DNA of 64,000 nt from Macrostomum hystrix (Eukaryota; Animalia; Platyhelminthes). Positions within the stretch are counted from its first letter, which is position 1. Each line of letters starts with the position of its first letter. The notes under the pieces were generated by a model, which was not told where the DNA came from, searched no databases, and worked only from the letters and a program-made list of their open reading frames with translations. The translations under genes were made by a program, and so were the position numbers. The stretch is from positions 29,636,001-29,700,000 of the forward strand of contig CATNEN010000038.1 in the NCBI GenBank assembly GCA_950097015.1. The letters run 5' to 3'. Below are positions 38,256 through 52,458 of the stretch, piece by piece.

Positions 38256-39050
38256 GCTCTCTAACCATTCTCAGAGTGTTCCGTCTCTCCCCCTTTCTTG
38301 TTCAAAAGGTTGAAATATACGTAAAAGCATTGTTGGAACATATTAAAAACGATCTAAATGCCTTATTCTTTTTCATTATCGAAAGCAGCCGATTATCTAT
38401 TTCAGCCAAGTCTATGCAAAATCTCGATGCCCATATCCAGCTTGGGACGCAACCGCTGATCAAGAAAAAGCACTTGTCCAGTGACGGACCGCAGTCCGCA
38501 TTGGAATCTGAATTGAACTTGGGTTCGCAGGGAGGTCGCTGCATGATTGCCATAATTTAAGCCTTATATGCAGGGATTTATAGGATTAGTACTATGTTGT
38601 TCCCATATGAGTGTATATATGGTTTTTTTCTTTTTTTGGCTTCAGACTTTGCTTTAGTAGGTCACAGTTATCTGCTATAGAAGCTGGCCGTATAGCGGTG
38701 ACCAAGCCATATCGCCGAGGCCAACCTTTGCTATCCCACTAGCCGAAATCCGAATCCCAAAATATTGTTTCGCCCGCCGAAAAATCCTGCGTTGCTTCAA
38801 GTCGCAATCTTGACGCTGGCTATAGTGGATCCAGTATTCTCTCCTGGCGCAGGTGAATCACGAGACACATCTTCCTTCTGATTTTCCTATCTATCCCTTA
38901 TGCTAACCCTCAACTGTCTATTGGTGAAACTTAGCCAATCTTAGCTGTTCATCTTTCCAACTGTCAATTAATCTGATGCAGCACCGGCTCCGGCTATCAT
39001 GACCACATACGATTCAACTTGTGTCCTAAAACTAATGATTTCCTTTTATT

Positions 39051-40075
39051 CAACTGCCTCCTGTCACTCTCAACTGCCTCCTGTCACTCTCAACTGTCTC
39101 CTGTCACTCTTAACTGCCTCCTATCACTCTCAACTGCCTCCTATCACTCTCAACTGCCTCCTGTCACTCTTAACTGTCTCCTGTCACTCTCAACTGCCTC
39201 CTGTCACTCTCAACTGTCTCCTGTCACTCTCAACTGTCTCCTGTCACTCTCAACTGTCTCCTGTCACTCTTAACTGTCTCCTGTCACTCTCAACTGTCTC
39301 CTATCACTCTCAACTGCCTCCTGTCACTCTCAACTGTCTCCTGTCACTCTCAACTGCCTCCTGTCACTCTTAACTGTCTCCTGTCACTCTCAACTGTCTC
39401 CTATCACTCTCAACTGCCTCCTGTCACTCTCAACTGTCTCCTGTCACTCTCAACTGTCTCCTGTCACTCTTAACTGTCTCCTGTCACTCTCAACTGTCTC
39501 CTATCACTCTCAACTGTCTCCTGTCACTCTCAACTGTCTCCTGTCACTCTCAACTGCCTTCTATCACTCTCAACTGCCTCCTGTCACTCTCAACTGCCTC
39601 CTGTCACTCTCAACTGTCTCCTGTCACTCTCAACTGCCTCCTGTCACTCTCAACTGCCTCCTGTCACTCTCAACTGCCTCCTGTCACTCTCAACTGCCTC
39701 CTATCACTCTTAACTGCCTCCTGTCACTCTCAACTGCCTCCTATCACTCTCAACTGCCTCCTGTCACTCTCAACTGCCTCCTGTCACTCTCAACTGCCTC
39801 CTATCACTCTCAACTGCCTCCTATCACTCTCAACTGCCTCCTGTCACTCTCAACTGCCTCCTGTCACTCTCAACTGCCTCCTATCACTCTCAACTGCCTC
39901 CTGTCACTCTCAACTGCCTCCTGTCACTCTCAACTGTCTCCTGTCACTCTCAACTGTCTCCTGTCACTCTCAACTGTCTCCTGTCACTCTCAACTGCCTC
40001 CTGTCACTCTCAACTGCCTCCTGTCACTCTCAACTGCCTCCTGTCACTCTCGAGTCTCAACTGTCTTCTGTCACT
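39051..40075. repeat. 20-bp minisatellite (caactgcctcctgtcactct), about 50 copies
   Basis: Direct periodicity with no indels. Confidence 0.97.
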
Positions 40076-41230
40076 CCTACCTTTGTACACTCCAAAAGTC
40101 CTCATTATTTAAATTTTTCAACAATGTGAAATCCTTTCACTTGGGAATTTTTTATTTTGTTAGTTACAAAAACAGTTTTAGCTTTGTGGCTAGTCAAGAT
40201 AAGCAAATATCCTACATTTTCAGCATACCTGAGTTAAAAACTTTATATAGTCATTAAGTAACACGCGGCGTGTGTATGAGAATTCTTTATCGTCCTAGCA
40301 GGTGTTCCCACATCTCACTATTATCCGTGTAGCGTGCAACTTGCTCTTGAAAATAAATAGTCACGGAAATACCTTCTTTTGTTTCTACTTATCCCAAAGT
40401 GGGAACTAAAAGAGAAGCAGGTATTTACGTAGATGAAGAAAATGAGAGTGTGGATGAAAAAAATGCTTCAGTTGAAAGTTGGCTATACTTAACAGAGAGT
40501 GTTCGATTTCATTCATGTTAAACCATGCGTCAGCATCATGGGGTGCTAGCATGTAAAACAAAGACCCGACTGAAGTATGTGGCACGCAATCAAGGAAATT
40601 TCCGATCTGCTAAAAATTAGATTTTTCCCTATTATTGTTAAAGTGAGACGCCATGCGATAGTATTTCTCTTCCGGGTCAAAAGTTTTTGTTTGCCAAGTT
40701 TGCAAAGTCGCAATTCATAAACTAGGGTCTCTGCTGCCGCCGCTGCCGCTGCTGATGCTAATGCCACATTATCATCGTCTTCGTATCTGGGATTTATTCC
40801 CACGAGCGATGGCCCGGTTGGACGGAACAGATAGGGGATAATAAAACTGAACAGGGGGGAGGGGTTGGCGGCGATGGTGATGAGGGGAGAAAACGGGATT
40901 TAATCAGGGATCGCTGCGTGTGTGTGTGTGGGTGTGAGGGACTGGGGTAGTTTCAAGGCCTTTCTAAACCCGGCCCCTAAATCTATAAGCTCCGTTCTCG
41001 GGAATACGGCCAGGAATAAATACCAGGCAAGCACCGAAGGCCCAAAGAAGTATTCTTATATCTTATTTCGTAAACTATTTTTCGCTTCGGGTCCGATAGA
41101 AGGGATTTAGAATCAGGTTTAATCAGCCGAAACAGGGAGTGGAAAAGCAATGCCTTTTTATATCGTCCGGCAGTGCTAAACTTTTCCTATATATATCATC
41201 TTATTTAAGGACTTTTAATTATTTTACGCA

Positions 41231-41710
41231 CAGGGTTCGGCAACCTTGTACACATTGTGAGGGAATCTCAAATACACCGGAGAGACATGGAATGGATGAG
41301 ACACTAGAGAGAATAGATACGGGGATAGATGAGACACGGGAGAAATGAGACACAGGAGAGATGATACACGGGAGAGAGTTGAGACACTGGACAGATGAGA
41401 CAGGGGAGAGATGAGACACGGGAGAGATGAGACAGGGGAGAGATGAGACACGGGAGAGATGAGACACAGGAGAGATGATACACGGGAGAGAGTTGAGACA
41501 CTGGACAGATGAGACAGGGGAGAGATGAGACACGGGAGAGATGAGACACGGGAGAGATGAGACACGGGAGAGATGAGACGCGGGAGAGATGAGACGCGGG
41601 AGAGATGAGACACTGGACAGATGAGACACGGGAGAGATGAGACAGCGTAGAACTGCTACTGGAGGTGCAGTCCAGGGCCCTATTTTGTAGCTCCGAGGTC
41701 CGCAGGCCGA
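41231..41710 (+). mobile_element. Degenerate hAT-MITE-like copy with 16-bp minisatellite
   Basis: cagggttcggcaacc TIR-like start, gagatgagacacggga array, decayed right arm agctccgaggtccgc. Confidence 0.5.
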
Positions 41711-42424
41711 CAGCCGTGCGAGTTGGACTAGTAAAACTAGCCCAGATGTAATATTCGGTGAAGCCAGCGCAAACCCGCCTATTTCCATGTCGATGACAGT
41801 GCAAACCCACTGGCCCTCAATCCGTTTGGAATAGAAATCAATGAGTCAGAGAGAAAATTCTACTCGACCGGACAAAATAAGCCGAGAAGAAGCGCCTTTA
41901 CTACTTCATCAGGTCTGAATTTACTTGAGTAGCACTCAAACAACTCTCTGTCTGTCTCCCCTCCCCCCGTTCCCCGCTCAACCGGTTCTCAATTAACGAC
42001 AATTTCGACTAGTGTGCAAACTCCTTATACCACAATCTGCAAGCTAAATATAAGAGTCAGTCTTCTGGCATAACGCTATCTAAATACTTGTGTAGTTTCT
42101 GCCTATGCTTTTTATTAACATGAGTGGGTTTGGTCCTTAGGTTAAACAAACCCGTCAGATCAAGCAAAATCAATCTCATTTTGCGCTCATTAATGCCTTA
42201 TCTAATGCTTTATTTATTTTGCTTGATTTTCCTTCCGGTTAACTATAGCTAAGGACACCCCGAGGCTGTTAATCTAGAAGAAAGGAAGCGGAACTAAGAG
42301 TTGAGTCGGCCCGTGTTCTCAGCTTGAGTGGGCCTCAAAAAGCTTTTATTGTACAGTGAAAATCATCAAATGTCAGATACACTCAGTTCCAATCATTTAA
42401 TTGATTTTATTACGATAGAGATAA

Positions 42425-44085
42425 GGAATAGATGAGAATGGCGAGAGAAAGGCGAGAGAGAGACATGAGGAAGAGATGAGGAAGATATAAGAAAGACATT
42501 AGGAATAGATGAGAAATGCATGAGAAAGACATGATGAAGACATTAGAAAGACATGAGGAATATATAAGAAAGACATGAGGAATAGATGAGAAAGACATGA
42601 GGAATATATAAGAAAGACATGAGGAATAGATGAGAAAGACATGAGTAATATAAAAGAATGACATGAGGAATAGATGAGAAAGACATGAGGAATATATAAG
42701 AAAGACATGAGGAATAGATGAGAAAGACATGAGGAATATAAAAGAATGACATGAGGAATAGATGAGAAAGACATGAGGAATATAAAAGAATGACATGAGG
42801 AATAGATGAGAAAGACATGAGGAATATATAAGAAAGACATGAGGAATATATAAGAAAGACATGAGGAATATATAAGAAAGACAAGAGGAATAGATGAGAA
42901 AGACATGAAGAATAGATGAGAAAGACATGAGGAATATAAAAGAATGACATGAGGAATAGATGTGAAAGACATGAGGAATAGATGAGAAATGCATGAGAAA
43001 GACATGATGAAGACATTAGAAAGATATGAGGAATAGATGAGAAAGACATGAGGAATATATAAGAAAGACATGAGGAATATATAAGAAAGACAAGAGGAAT
43101 AGATGAGAAAGACATGAAGAATAGATGAGAAAGACATGAGGAATATATAAGAAAGACAAGAGGAATAGATGAGAAAGACATGAAGAATAGATGAGAAAGA
43201 CATGAGGAATATATAAGAAAGGCAAGAGGAATAGATGAGAAAGACATGAAGAATAGATGAGAAAGACATGAGGAATAGATGAGAAAGACATGAGGAATAT
43301 ATAAGAAAGACATGAGGAATAGATGAGAAAGACATGAAGAATAGATGAGAAAGACATGAGGAATAGATAAGAAAGACATGAGAAAGACATGATGAAGACA
43401 TTAGAAAGACATGAAGAATAGATGAGAAAGACATGAGGAATAGATAAGAAAGACAAGAGGAATAGATGAGAAAGACATGAAGAATAGATGAGAAAGACAT
43501 GAGGAATATATAAGAAAGGCAAGAGGAATAGATGAGAAAGACATGAAAAATAGATGAGAAAGACATGAGGAATAGATAAGAAAGACATGAGAAAGACATG
43601 ATGAAGACATTAGAAAGACATGAAGAATAGATGAGAAAGACATGAGGAATAGATGAGAAAGACATGAGGAATATATAAAAAAGACATGAGGAATAGATGA
43701 GAAAGACATGAAGAATAGATGAGAAAGACATGAGGAATAGATAAGAAAGACATGAGAAAGACATGATGAAGACATTAGAAAGACATGAAGAATAGATGAG
43801 AAAGACATGAGGAATAGATAAGAAAGACAAGAGGAATAGATGAGAAAGACATGAAGAATAGATGAGAAAGACATGAGGAATATATAAGAAAGACATGAGA
43901 AAGACATGATGAAGACATTAGAAAGACATGAAGAATAGATGAGAAAGACATGAGGAATATATAAGAAAGACAAGAGGAATAGATGAGAAAGACATGAAGA
44001 ATAGATGAGAAAGACATGAGGAATATATAAGAAAGACAAGAGGAATAGATGAGAAAGACATGAAGAATAGATGAGAAAGACATTA
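42425..44085. repeat. 22-bp minisatellite (gaggaatagatgagaaagacat)
   Basis: Direct periodicity. Confidence 0.95.
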
Positions 44086-45009
44086 GGCTTCTCCAGAGAT
44101 TTGGAGAAACTGAGAGTTAAAAAAAGAGATCTATTTGAGAAACCCTAGAGAATCTAGATAAGCTGAAGTAGAAATCATTCCTGTTTATTCTCAAGTCAAA
44201 GTGTGCCATGTGACTTGTGTCAGGTTCCCCGAATGAATTCATTAATAATTAGCAGTTTTTTCGCGCGGAGCAGCTGGGGAAATCTCTGTTATAGAGCTGG
44301 CATAGATAGCAGACTCGAGTTTGATGGCATCACGAAAATCTGATCTCAATTCAGATAAGAGATGATTCAGGAAATCACTCAAATGGCACCACTCAAAAAT
44401 GGGGCCAAATATCACAATTTTTCTAATTTCAAATAGTGGACCAACTCATCAAATCTTTTTTTAGACGCAACAAAAACGATTTTACAACTTTAGTCGGGAA
44501 TGAGTAACTAATGCTCGGAGGCCAGGTTTGTTTTTGTGAGGGCCTTTAAAAAATCTGCTGGCTTTCTTAGAAAAACGTTTCTTAGAAAGCACGATAGGTC
44601 GGTAGTTCGAATCGCAGCAAAATGGTAGCAATTTCAATTTTAAAATTTTTTTTAAAGATTATTCTCTTCAGATTTTAGACAGCGAAAATATTTTCTCGAT
44701 TTTTTTAAACTTTGTGCGAGAAGTTGAGAAGTCGCTGTGAATTGGTTCACTAAAGCCGGCAGATTTTTGTTATGATGAATTACAGTCGCCTGCTTAACTT
44801 GTTTAAATCAAATAGATTTATAGGGCTGGATTTCTTTTATGACGTGCATGGAGATGGATGAAAATTCTTAGAATTTATGCTCGGCATTCTTGGAATGGGA
44901 TCAGAGAGGCTTAGAATTAATGCCGAACTGTGAACTGGGAGGCCGGTAAATAGAATGAGACGGAAGAATGTGCGATGTAAGAATGCGAAAATGCAGATTT
45001 GAGCATGGG

Positions 45010-45575
45010 GAAAGTGGAGATGGGATAACTGGAGATGGGGGAATGAGAGATGGGAGATGGGAGAATGGGAGAATGGGGAATGCGAGAATGGGTAATGAGA
45101 GAATGGGGGATCGGAGATGGGGAATGGGAGAATTGGGAATTGGAGATGGGGAATAGGAGAATGGGGAATGAGAGATTGGAAACGGGAGATGGGAGAATGG
45201 GGAATGCGAGAATGGGGAACGGGAGATGGGAGAATGGGAGATGGGAGAATGGGGAATGGGAGATGGGAAACGGGAGATAGGAGAATGGGGAATGCGAGAA
45301 TGGGGAATGAGAGAATGGGGAATGGGAGATGGGAGAATGGGAGATGGGAGAATGGGGAATGGGAGATGGGAAACGGGAGATAGGAGAATGGGGAATGCGA
45401 GATGGGAAATGGGAGATAGGAGAATTGGGAATGCGAGATGGGAGAATGGGAGATGAGAGAATGGGCAATTGGAGATGGGGAACGGGAAATGGGAGAATGG
45501 GGAATGGGAGAAGGTAAAACAGGAGATGAGAGAATGAGGAATGGGAGATGGGGAAATGGTAGATAGGAGAATAGC
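45010..45575. repeat. G-rich degenerate 7/8-bp repeat (gggagaat/gggagat/ggggaat)
   Basis: Direct periodicity; many GGG tracts. Confidence 0.9.
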
Positions 45576-45973
45576 AAGCTGATAGAAGGTTTTAAGATGA
45601 TATATAACATTTAGTAGTGGGAGTGATGTGGCAATGACTACGGACCTAAAATTCCACGTATTTATAATAAGCAGTAGACTTAGCAATAGTTCTCCTACCT
45701 TGTTTGTCGTTGATAGTGTTAAATGTTTAATTATATATTTTTCCTTGCAATCTGAAGTCCTATCTGAACTAAATGAAATGTAATCTCCCATTTGCTAAGA
45801 ATGTTGCTCTAATATCGCTAGTTATATTCCCGGTGCCTGATTTCCATTGGTTGGCCCGCTTAGCTTCTATTGGCTATGGGAAGTTCCTTTGAGCCAATGC
45901 TGATGCTTTGCGGCTTAAATTTAGGACTTCAAAGTGAGACTTCTCGTTGTCCAATTAAAACATTCTCCTAGAT

Positions 45974-48734
45974 CAGGGGTAGGCAAACTTATTTGCTGGC
46001 GGGCCAAAGAGAGAGCCTAAAAGACGACAGCGGGCCGCATTGACTGTATAAATATGAGATAGGGGAGAGATGAGAATCGGGAGAGATGAGACACAGGAAA
46101 GATGGGACACGAGAGAGATGAGACACGGGAGAGATAAGACAGGGAAGAGATGAGACACGGGAGAGATTAGACACGGGAGAAATTAGACACGGGAGAAATT
46201 AGACACGGGAGAGATGAGACACGGGAGAGATGAGACACGGGAGAGATAAGACAGGGAAGAGATTAGACACGGGAGAGATTAGACACGTGAGAGATTAGAT
46301 ACGGGAGAGATGAGACACAGGAAAGATGGGACACGAGAGAGATGAGACACGGGAGAGATAAGACAGGGAAGAGATGAGACACGGGAGAGATAAGATAGGG
46401 AAGAGATTAGACACGGGAGAGATTAGACACGGGAGAAATTAGACACGGGAGAGATGAGACACGGGAGAGATGAGACACAGGAGAGATAAGACAGGGAAGA
46501 GATTAGATACGGGAGAGATTAGACACGTGAGAGATTAGACACGGGAGAGATTAGATACGGGAGAGATGAGACACGGGAGAGATAAGACAGGGAAGAGATT
46601 AGACACGGGAGAGATTAGACACGTGAGAGATGAGACACGGGAGAGATGAGACAGGGAAGAGATGAGACACGGGAGAGATAAGATAGGGAAGAGATTAGAC
46701 ACGGAAGAGATTAGACACGGGAGAAATTAGACACGGGAGAGATGAGACACGGGAGAGATGAGACACAGGAGAGATAAGACAGGGAAGAGATGAGACACGG
46801 GAGAGATTAGACACGGGAGAAATTAGACACGGGAGAAATTAGACACGGGAGAGATGAGACACGGGAGAGATGAGACACGGGAGAGATAAGACAGGGAAGA
46901 GATTAGACACGGGAGAGATTAGACACGTGAGAGATTAGATACGGGAGAGATGAGACACAGGAAAGATGGGACACGAGAGAGATGAGACACGGGAGAGATA
47001 AGACAGGGAAGAGATGAGACACGGGAGAGATAAGATAGGGAAGAGATTAGACACGGGAGAGATTAGACACGGGAGAAATTAGACACGGGAGAGATGAGAC
47101 ACGGGAGAGATGAGACACAGGAGAGATAAGACAGGGAAGAGATTAGATACGGGAGAGATTAGACACGTGAGAGATTAGACACGGGAGAGATTAGATACGG
47201 GAGAGATGAGACACGGGAGAGATAAGACAGGGAAGAGATTAGACACGGGAGAGATGAGACACGTGAGAGATGAGACACGGGAGAGATGAGACAGGGAAGA
47301 GATGAGACACGGGAGAGATAAGATAGGGAAGAGATTAGACACGGGAGAGATTAGACACGGGAGAAATTAGACACGGGAGAGATGAGACACGGGAGAGATG
47401 AGACACAGGAGAGATAAGACAGGGAAGAGATTAGACTCGGGAGAGATTAGACACGTGAGAGATTAGACACGGGAGAGATTAGATACGGGAGAGATGAGAC
47501 ACGGGAGAGATAAGACAGGGAAGAGATTAGACACGGGAGAGATTAGACACGTGAGAGATGAGACACGGGAGAGATAAGACAGGGAAGAGATGAGACACGG
47601 GAGAGATAAGATAGGGAAGAGATTAGACACGGGAGAGATTAGACACGGGAGAAATTAGACACGGGAGAGATGAGACACGGGAGAGATGAGACACAGGAGA
47701 GACAAGACAGGGAAGAGATTAGACACGGGAGAGATTAGACACGGGAGAAATTAGACACGGGAGAGATTAGATACGAGAGAGATGAGACACGGGAGAGATA
47801 AGACAGGGAAGAGATTAGACACGGGAGAGATTAGACACGTGAGAGATGAGACACGGGAGAGATGAGACACGAGAGAGATAAGACAGGGAAGAGATTAGAC
47901 ACGGGAGAGATTAGACACGTGAGAGATTACTGATTAGACACGGGAGAGATTAGATACGGGAGAGATGAGACACAGGAAAGATGGGACACGAGAGAGATGA
48001 GACACGGGAGAGATAAGACAGGGAAGAGATGAGACACGGGAGAGATAAGATAGGGAAAAGATTAGACACGGGAGAGATTAGACACGGGAGAAATTAGACA
48101 CGGGAGGGATGAGACACGGGAGAGATGAGACACAGGAGAGATGATACAGGGGAGTGATGAGACAGGGGAGAGATGAGACACGGGAGAGATAAGATAGGGA
48201 AAAGATTAGACACGGGAGAGATTAGACACGGGAGAAATTAGACACGGGAGGGATGAGACACGGGAGGGATGAGACACGGGAGAGATGAGACACAGGAGAG
48301 ATGAGACAGGGAAGAGATTAGACACGGGAGAGATTAGACACGTGAGAGATTAGACACGGGAGAGATTAGATACGGGAGAGATGAGACACGGGAGAGATAA
48401 GACAGGGAAGAGATTAGACACGGGAGAGATTAGACACGTGAGAGATGAGACACGGGAGAGATGAGACACGAGAGAGATGAGACACGGGAGAGATAAGACA
48501 GGGAAGAGATGAGACACGGGAGAGATAAGATAGGGAAGAGATTAGACACGGGAGAGATTAGACACGGGAGAAATTAGACACGGGAGAGATTAGATACGAG
48601 AGAGATGAGACACGGGAGAGATTAGACACGAGAGAGATGAAACAGGACACTGTAGATGTCAGAAGGGCAACGGGCCGGATTTGGGAGCTTCGAGGGCCGC
48701 ATCTGGCCCGCGGGCCGGAGTTTGCCGACCCCTG
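45974..48734 (+). mobile_element. Intact non-autonomous hAT (Charlie-like) element inflated by a ~2.6-kb 16-bp minisatellite
   Basis: TIRs caggggtaggcaaact / agtttgccgacccctg; perfect 8-bp TSD tcctagat (45966-45973, 48735-48742); subterminal ggcccgcgggcc. Confidence 0.92.
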
Positions 48735-49319
48735 TCCTAGATTCTAATAAGCTTTGTTTGCCATATCCATATAGCATTTCTGGTCTCACATTGTAAACTT
48801 CTCATTAAATTTTGCCAATTAAAATGCAAAAGAAGAAGACAATTCTTATTAGCTCGGATACAGTCATAACGCATTGCTAACTAAGTGTTCTCAATAATTA
48901 GCTCAATATTCTGCTCAACTCTTTGAGTCATGCAAAAAACTGTTTAAATATGAAAGAAATTTTTATGCAATCGAACATCTTTATAAAGGCAACTCATGAA
49001 ATCGTGAAATCTCGAATCTAAAAGTAAAACGCGTAGCACATTATAAAAGAAAACCGCTTTCTTGGACAAATTTTTGTCTGCTTTACTGTTTACTTCTTTT
49101 CGTTTGCTTAAACCAGACCTGACAGACTGACTGAGATGCGGCGTTACTGAGAGTAGGAGGAAGTGAAAAAACATTGTTTGAGTTATAGGCGTAGATTAGA
49201 GATAATGTATACACTATGCTACTGCTAGTAGATTACTGGTGAATTACGAATGAATAAACGAATGAGCGATATAGGAAATTAATGATTCAGGAAATTACCG
49301 AATCGAGAAATTAACGAAT

Positions 49320-50090
49320 AGAGGAATGAACGAGCTAAGAAATAAACGAACTAAGAAATGAACGATTAAGGAAAGAAACGAATTAGGAAATGAACGAATT
49401 AGGAAATGAACGAACTAGGAAATGAAAGAATTAGGAAATGAACGAATTAGGAAATGAACGAATTAGGAAATGAACGAATTAGGAAATGAACGAATTAGGA
49501 AATGAACGAACTAGGAAATGAACGAATTAGGAAATGAACGAATTAGGAAATGAACGAATTATGAAATTAACGAACTAGGAAATGAACGAATTAGGAAATA
49601 AACGAATAAAGATATGAACGATTAAGGAAAGAAACGAATTAGGAAATGAACGAACTAAGAAATGAACGAATTAGGAAATGAACGAACTAAGAAATGAACG
49701 AATTAGGAAATGAACGAACTAAGAAATGAACGAATTAGGAAATGAACGAACTAAGAAATGAACGAATTAGGAAATGAACGAATTAGGAAATGAACGAACT
49801 AAGAAATGAACGAATTAGGAAATGAACGAACTAAGAAATGAACGAATTAGGAAATGAACGAATTAGGAAATGAACGAACTAAGAAATGAACGAATTAGGA
49901 AATGAACGAATTAGGAAATGAACGAATTAGGAAGTTTACAAATAAATAAATGAACAAATACGGAATTGAGCAAACTAGGAAATGAACGAACTAGGAAATG
50001 AACGAACTAAGAAATGAACGAACTAAGAAATGAACGAACTAAGAAATGAACGAACTAAGAAATGAACGAATGAGGAAATGAACGAAGTGA
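49320..50090. repeat. 16-bp minisatellite (aggaaatgaacgaatt)
   Basis: Direct periodicity. Confidence 0.95.
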
Positions 50091-50734
50091 AAGAAAAAAT
50101 GCTAGAAAAAATAGACGACGAAACCATTACCTAGATTTAGGATTAAAAAAACGAATGGAAAAACTTTCCTAATGACCTTGAAAGAGATATATTTTTCGGG
50201 CCAAATTTCGCTATCGAAAAGCTCACAGCACAACAGAAACACTCGCACTCCGGCCGTGTTAGACGGCAAAACAGAACGAACAAATGTAGCGAGCAAAGCC
50301 AGCCAGCTTGCAACCAATAAAAACTGACTGCAGGTTGAGGCTGTTGGCGGCCCTCGGTCATAAATATCAATGAGAATTGACTTGCGAAACGCATAAACTG
50401 TTCGTTTGTGTACATTGCGTCCTCCGACACTAAGTACCAAGTCCCTGTCTTTCTCTGTAAAAGCACAATTTATTCTAGCACTGATTAGCTGGCCAAGGCC
50501 ATTTAGACCTACAACTATAACACTTGGCCTAGCTATTTTGAAACAGTTAATTTTATTTTTAGGCATTTGACTTAAAGAAAACACTGATATTTTCCTATAT
50601 TGGATACATTTTTCCGTGAAGAACTCATCTTAAAAAGGATGTACAGTCAGTCAATCAATGGTGAGCATTTTATGCGTATATACATTTTTAATTGCTTAGT
50701 AGATGCTTCGCTTTGCTCTTTTTGTTTCTTTTGC

Positions 50735-52285
50735 TTCCTCCTCCTCCAGCTCTCCTCCTCCTCCAGCTCTCGTTCTCCTCCAGCTCTCGTTCTCCTCCAG
50801 CTCTCGTTCTCCTCCAGCTATCCTCCTCCTCCAGCTCTCGTTCTCCTCCAGCTCTCGTTCTCCTCCAGCTCTCGTTCTCCTCCAGCTATCCTCCTCCTCC
50901 AGCTCTCGTTCTCCTCCAGCTATCCTCCTCCTCCAGCTCTCGTTCTCCTCCAGCTCTCGTTCTCCTCCAGCTCTCGTTCTCCTCCAGCTCTCGTTCTCCT
51001 CCAGCTCTCGTTCTCCTCCAGCTCTCCTCCTCCTCCAGCTCTCGTTCTCCTCCAGCTATCCTCCTCCTCCAGCTCTCGTTCTCCTCCAGCTCTCGTTCTC
51101 CTCCAGCTCTCGTTCTCCTCCAGCTCTCCTCCTCCTCCAGCTCTCGTTCTCCTCCAGCTATCCTCCTCCTCCAGCTCTCGTTCTCCTCCAGCTCTCGTTC
51201 TCCTCCAGCTCTCGTTCTCCTCCAGCTCTCGTTCTCCTCCAGCTATCCTCCTCCTCCTCCAGCTCTCGTTCTCCTCCAGCTATCCTCCTCCTCCAGCTAT
51301 CCTCCTCCTCCTCCAGCTATCCTCCTCCTCCTCCAGCTATCCTCCTCCTCCTCCAGCTATCCTCCTCCTCCAGCTATCCTCCTCCTCCAGCTATCCTCCT
51401 CCTCCTCCAGCTATCCTCCTCCTCCAGCTCTCCTCCTCCTCCAGCTCTCCTCCTTCTCCAGCTATCCTCCTCCTCCTCCAGCTATCCTCCTCCTCCAGCT
51501 ATCCTCCTCCTCCTCCAGCTATCCTCCTCCTCCAGCTATCCTCCTCCTCCTCCAGCTATCCTCCTCCTCCAGCTCTCCTCCTCCTCCAGCTCTCCTCCTC
51601 CTCCAGCTATCCTCCTCCTCCTCCAGCTATCCTCCTCCTCCAGCTATCCTCCTCCTCCTCCAGCTATCCTCCTCCTCCAGCTATCCTCCTCCTCCTCCAG
51701 CTATCCTCCTCCTCCAGCTATCCTCCTCCTCCTCCAGCTATCCTCCTCCTCCAGCTATCCTCCTCCTCCTCCAGCTATCCTCCTCCTCCAGCTCTCCTCC
51801 TCCTCCAGCTCTCCTCCTCCTCCAGCTATCCTCCTCCTCCTCCAGCTATCCTCCTCCTCCAGCTATCCTCCTCCTCCAGCTATCCTCCTCCTCCAGCTAT
51901 CCTCCTCCTCCTCCAGCTATCCTCCTCCTCCAGCTATCCTCCTCCTCCTCCAGCTATCCTCCTCCTCCAGCTATCCTCCTCCTCCTCCAGCTATCCTCCT
52001 CCTCCTCCAGCTATCCTCCTCCTCCAGCTATCCTCCTCCTCCTCCAGCTATCCTCCTCCTCCAGCTATCCTCCTCCTCCTCCAGCTATCCTCCTCCTCCA
52101 GCTCTCCTCCTCCTCCAGCTCTCCTCCTCCTCCAGCTATCCTCCTCATCCTGCTCTCCTCCTCCTCCAGCTCTCATCCTCCTCCAGCTCTCCTCCTCCAG
52201 CTCTCCTCCTCCTCCAGCTCTCCTCCTACAGCTATCCTCCTCCTCCAGCTCTCCTCCTCCAGCTCTCCTCCTCCTTCAGCTCTCC
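50735..52285. repeat. Pyrimidine-rich array of (cct)n-ccagct units, immediately upstream of ADA
   Basis: Direct periodicity; stop-free in all three + frames. Confidence 0.95.
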
Positions 52286-52458
52286 TTAATAAAATATTAA
52301 TTTTTCAATCAGGATTGGTTTTATCTCTATGGCAAAGGCTGGTCTATGAACGGATTTTCGATTACTCATGACACATTTTGCAATTGGCAATATAAGCGAT
52401 AACACTCGACAATTAAGGTTCAAAGAAAGCATACACTTAATATAATAGAACTCACCGC

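Noticed and set aside
40700-41130. GC-rich segment with (GT)n as a protocadherin promoter or 5' exon
   Set aside because: No diagnostic splice donor or core-promoter evidence
50600-52371. Three 500+ aa Pro/Ser/Leu ORFs (extensin-like)
   Set aside because: Open in all three frames only because the repeat unit lacks stop codons; unit lengths are not multiples of 3
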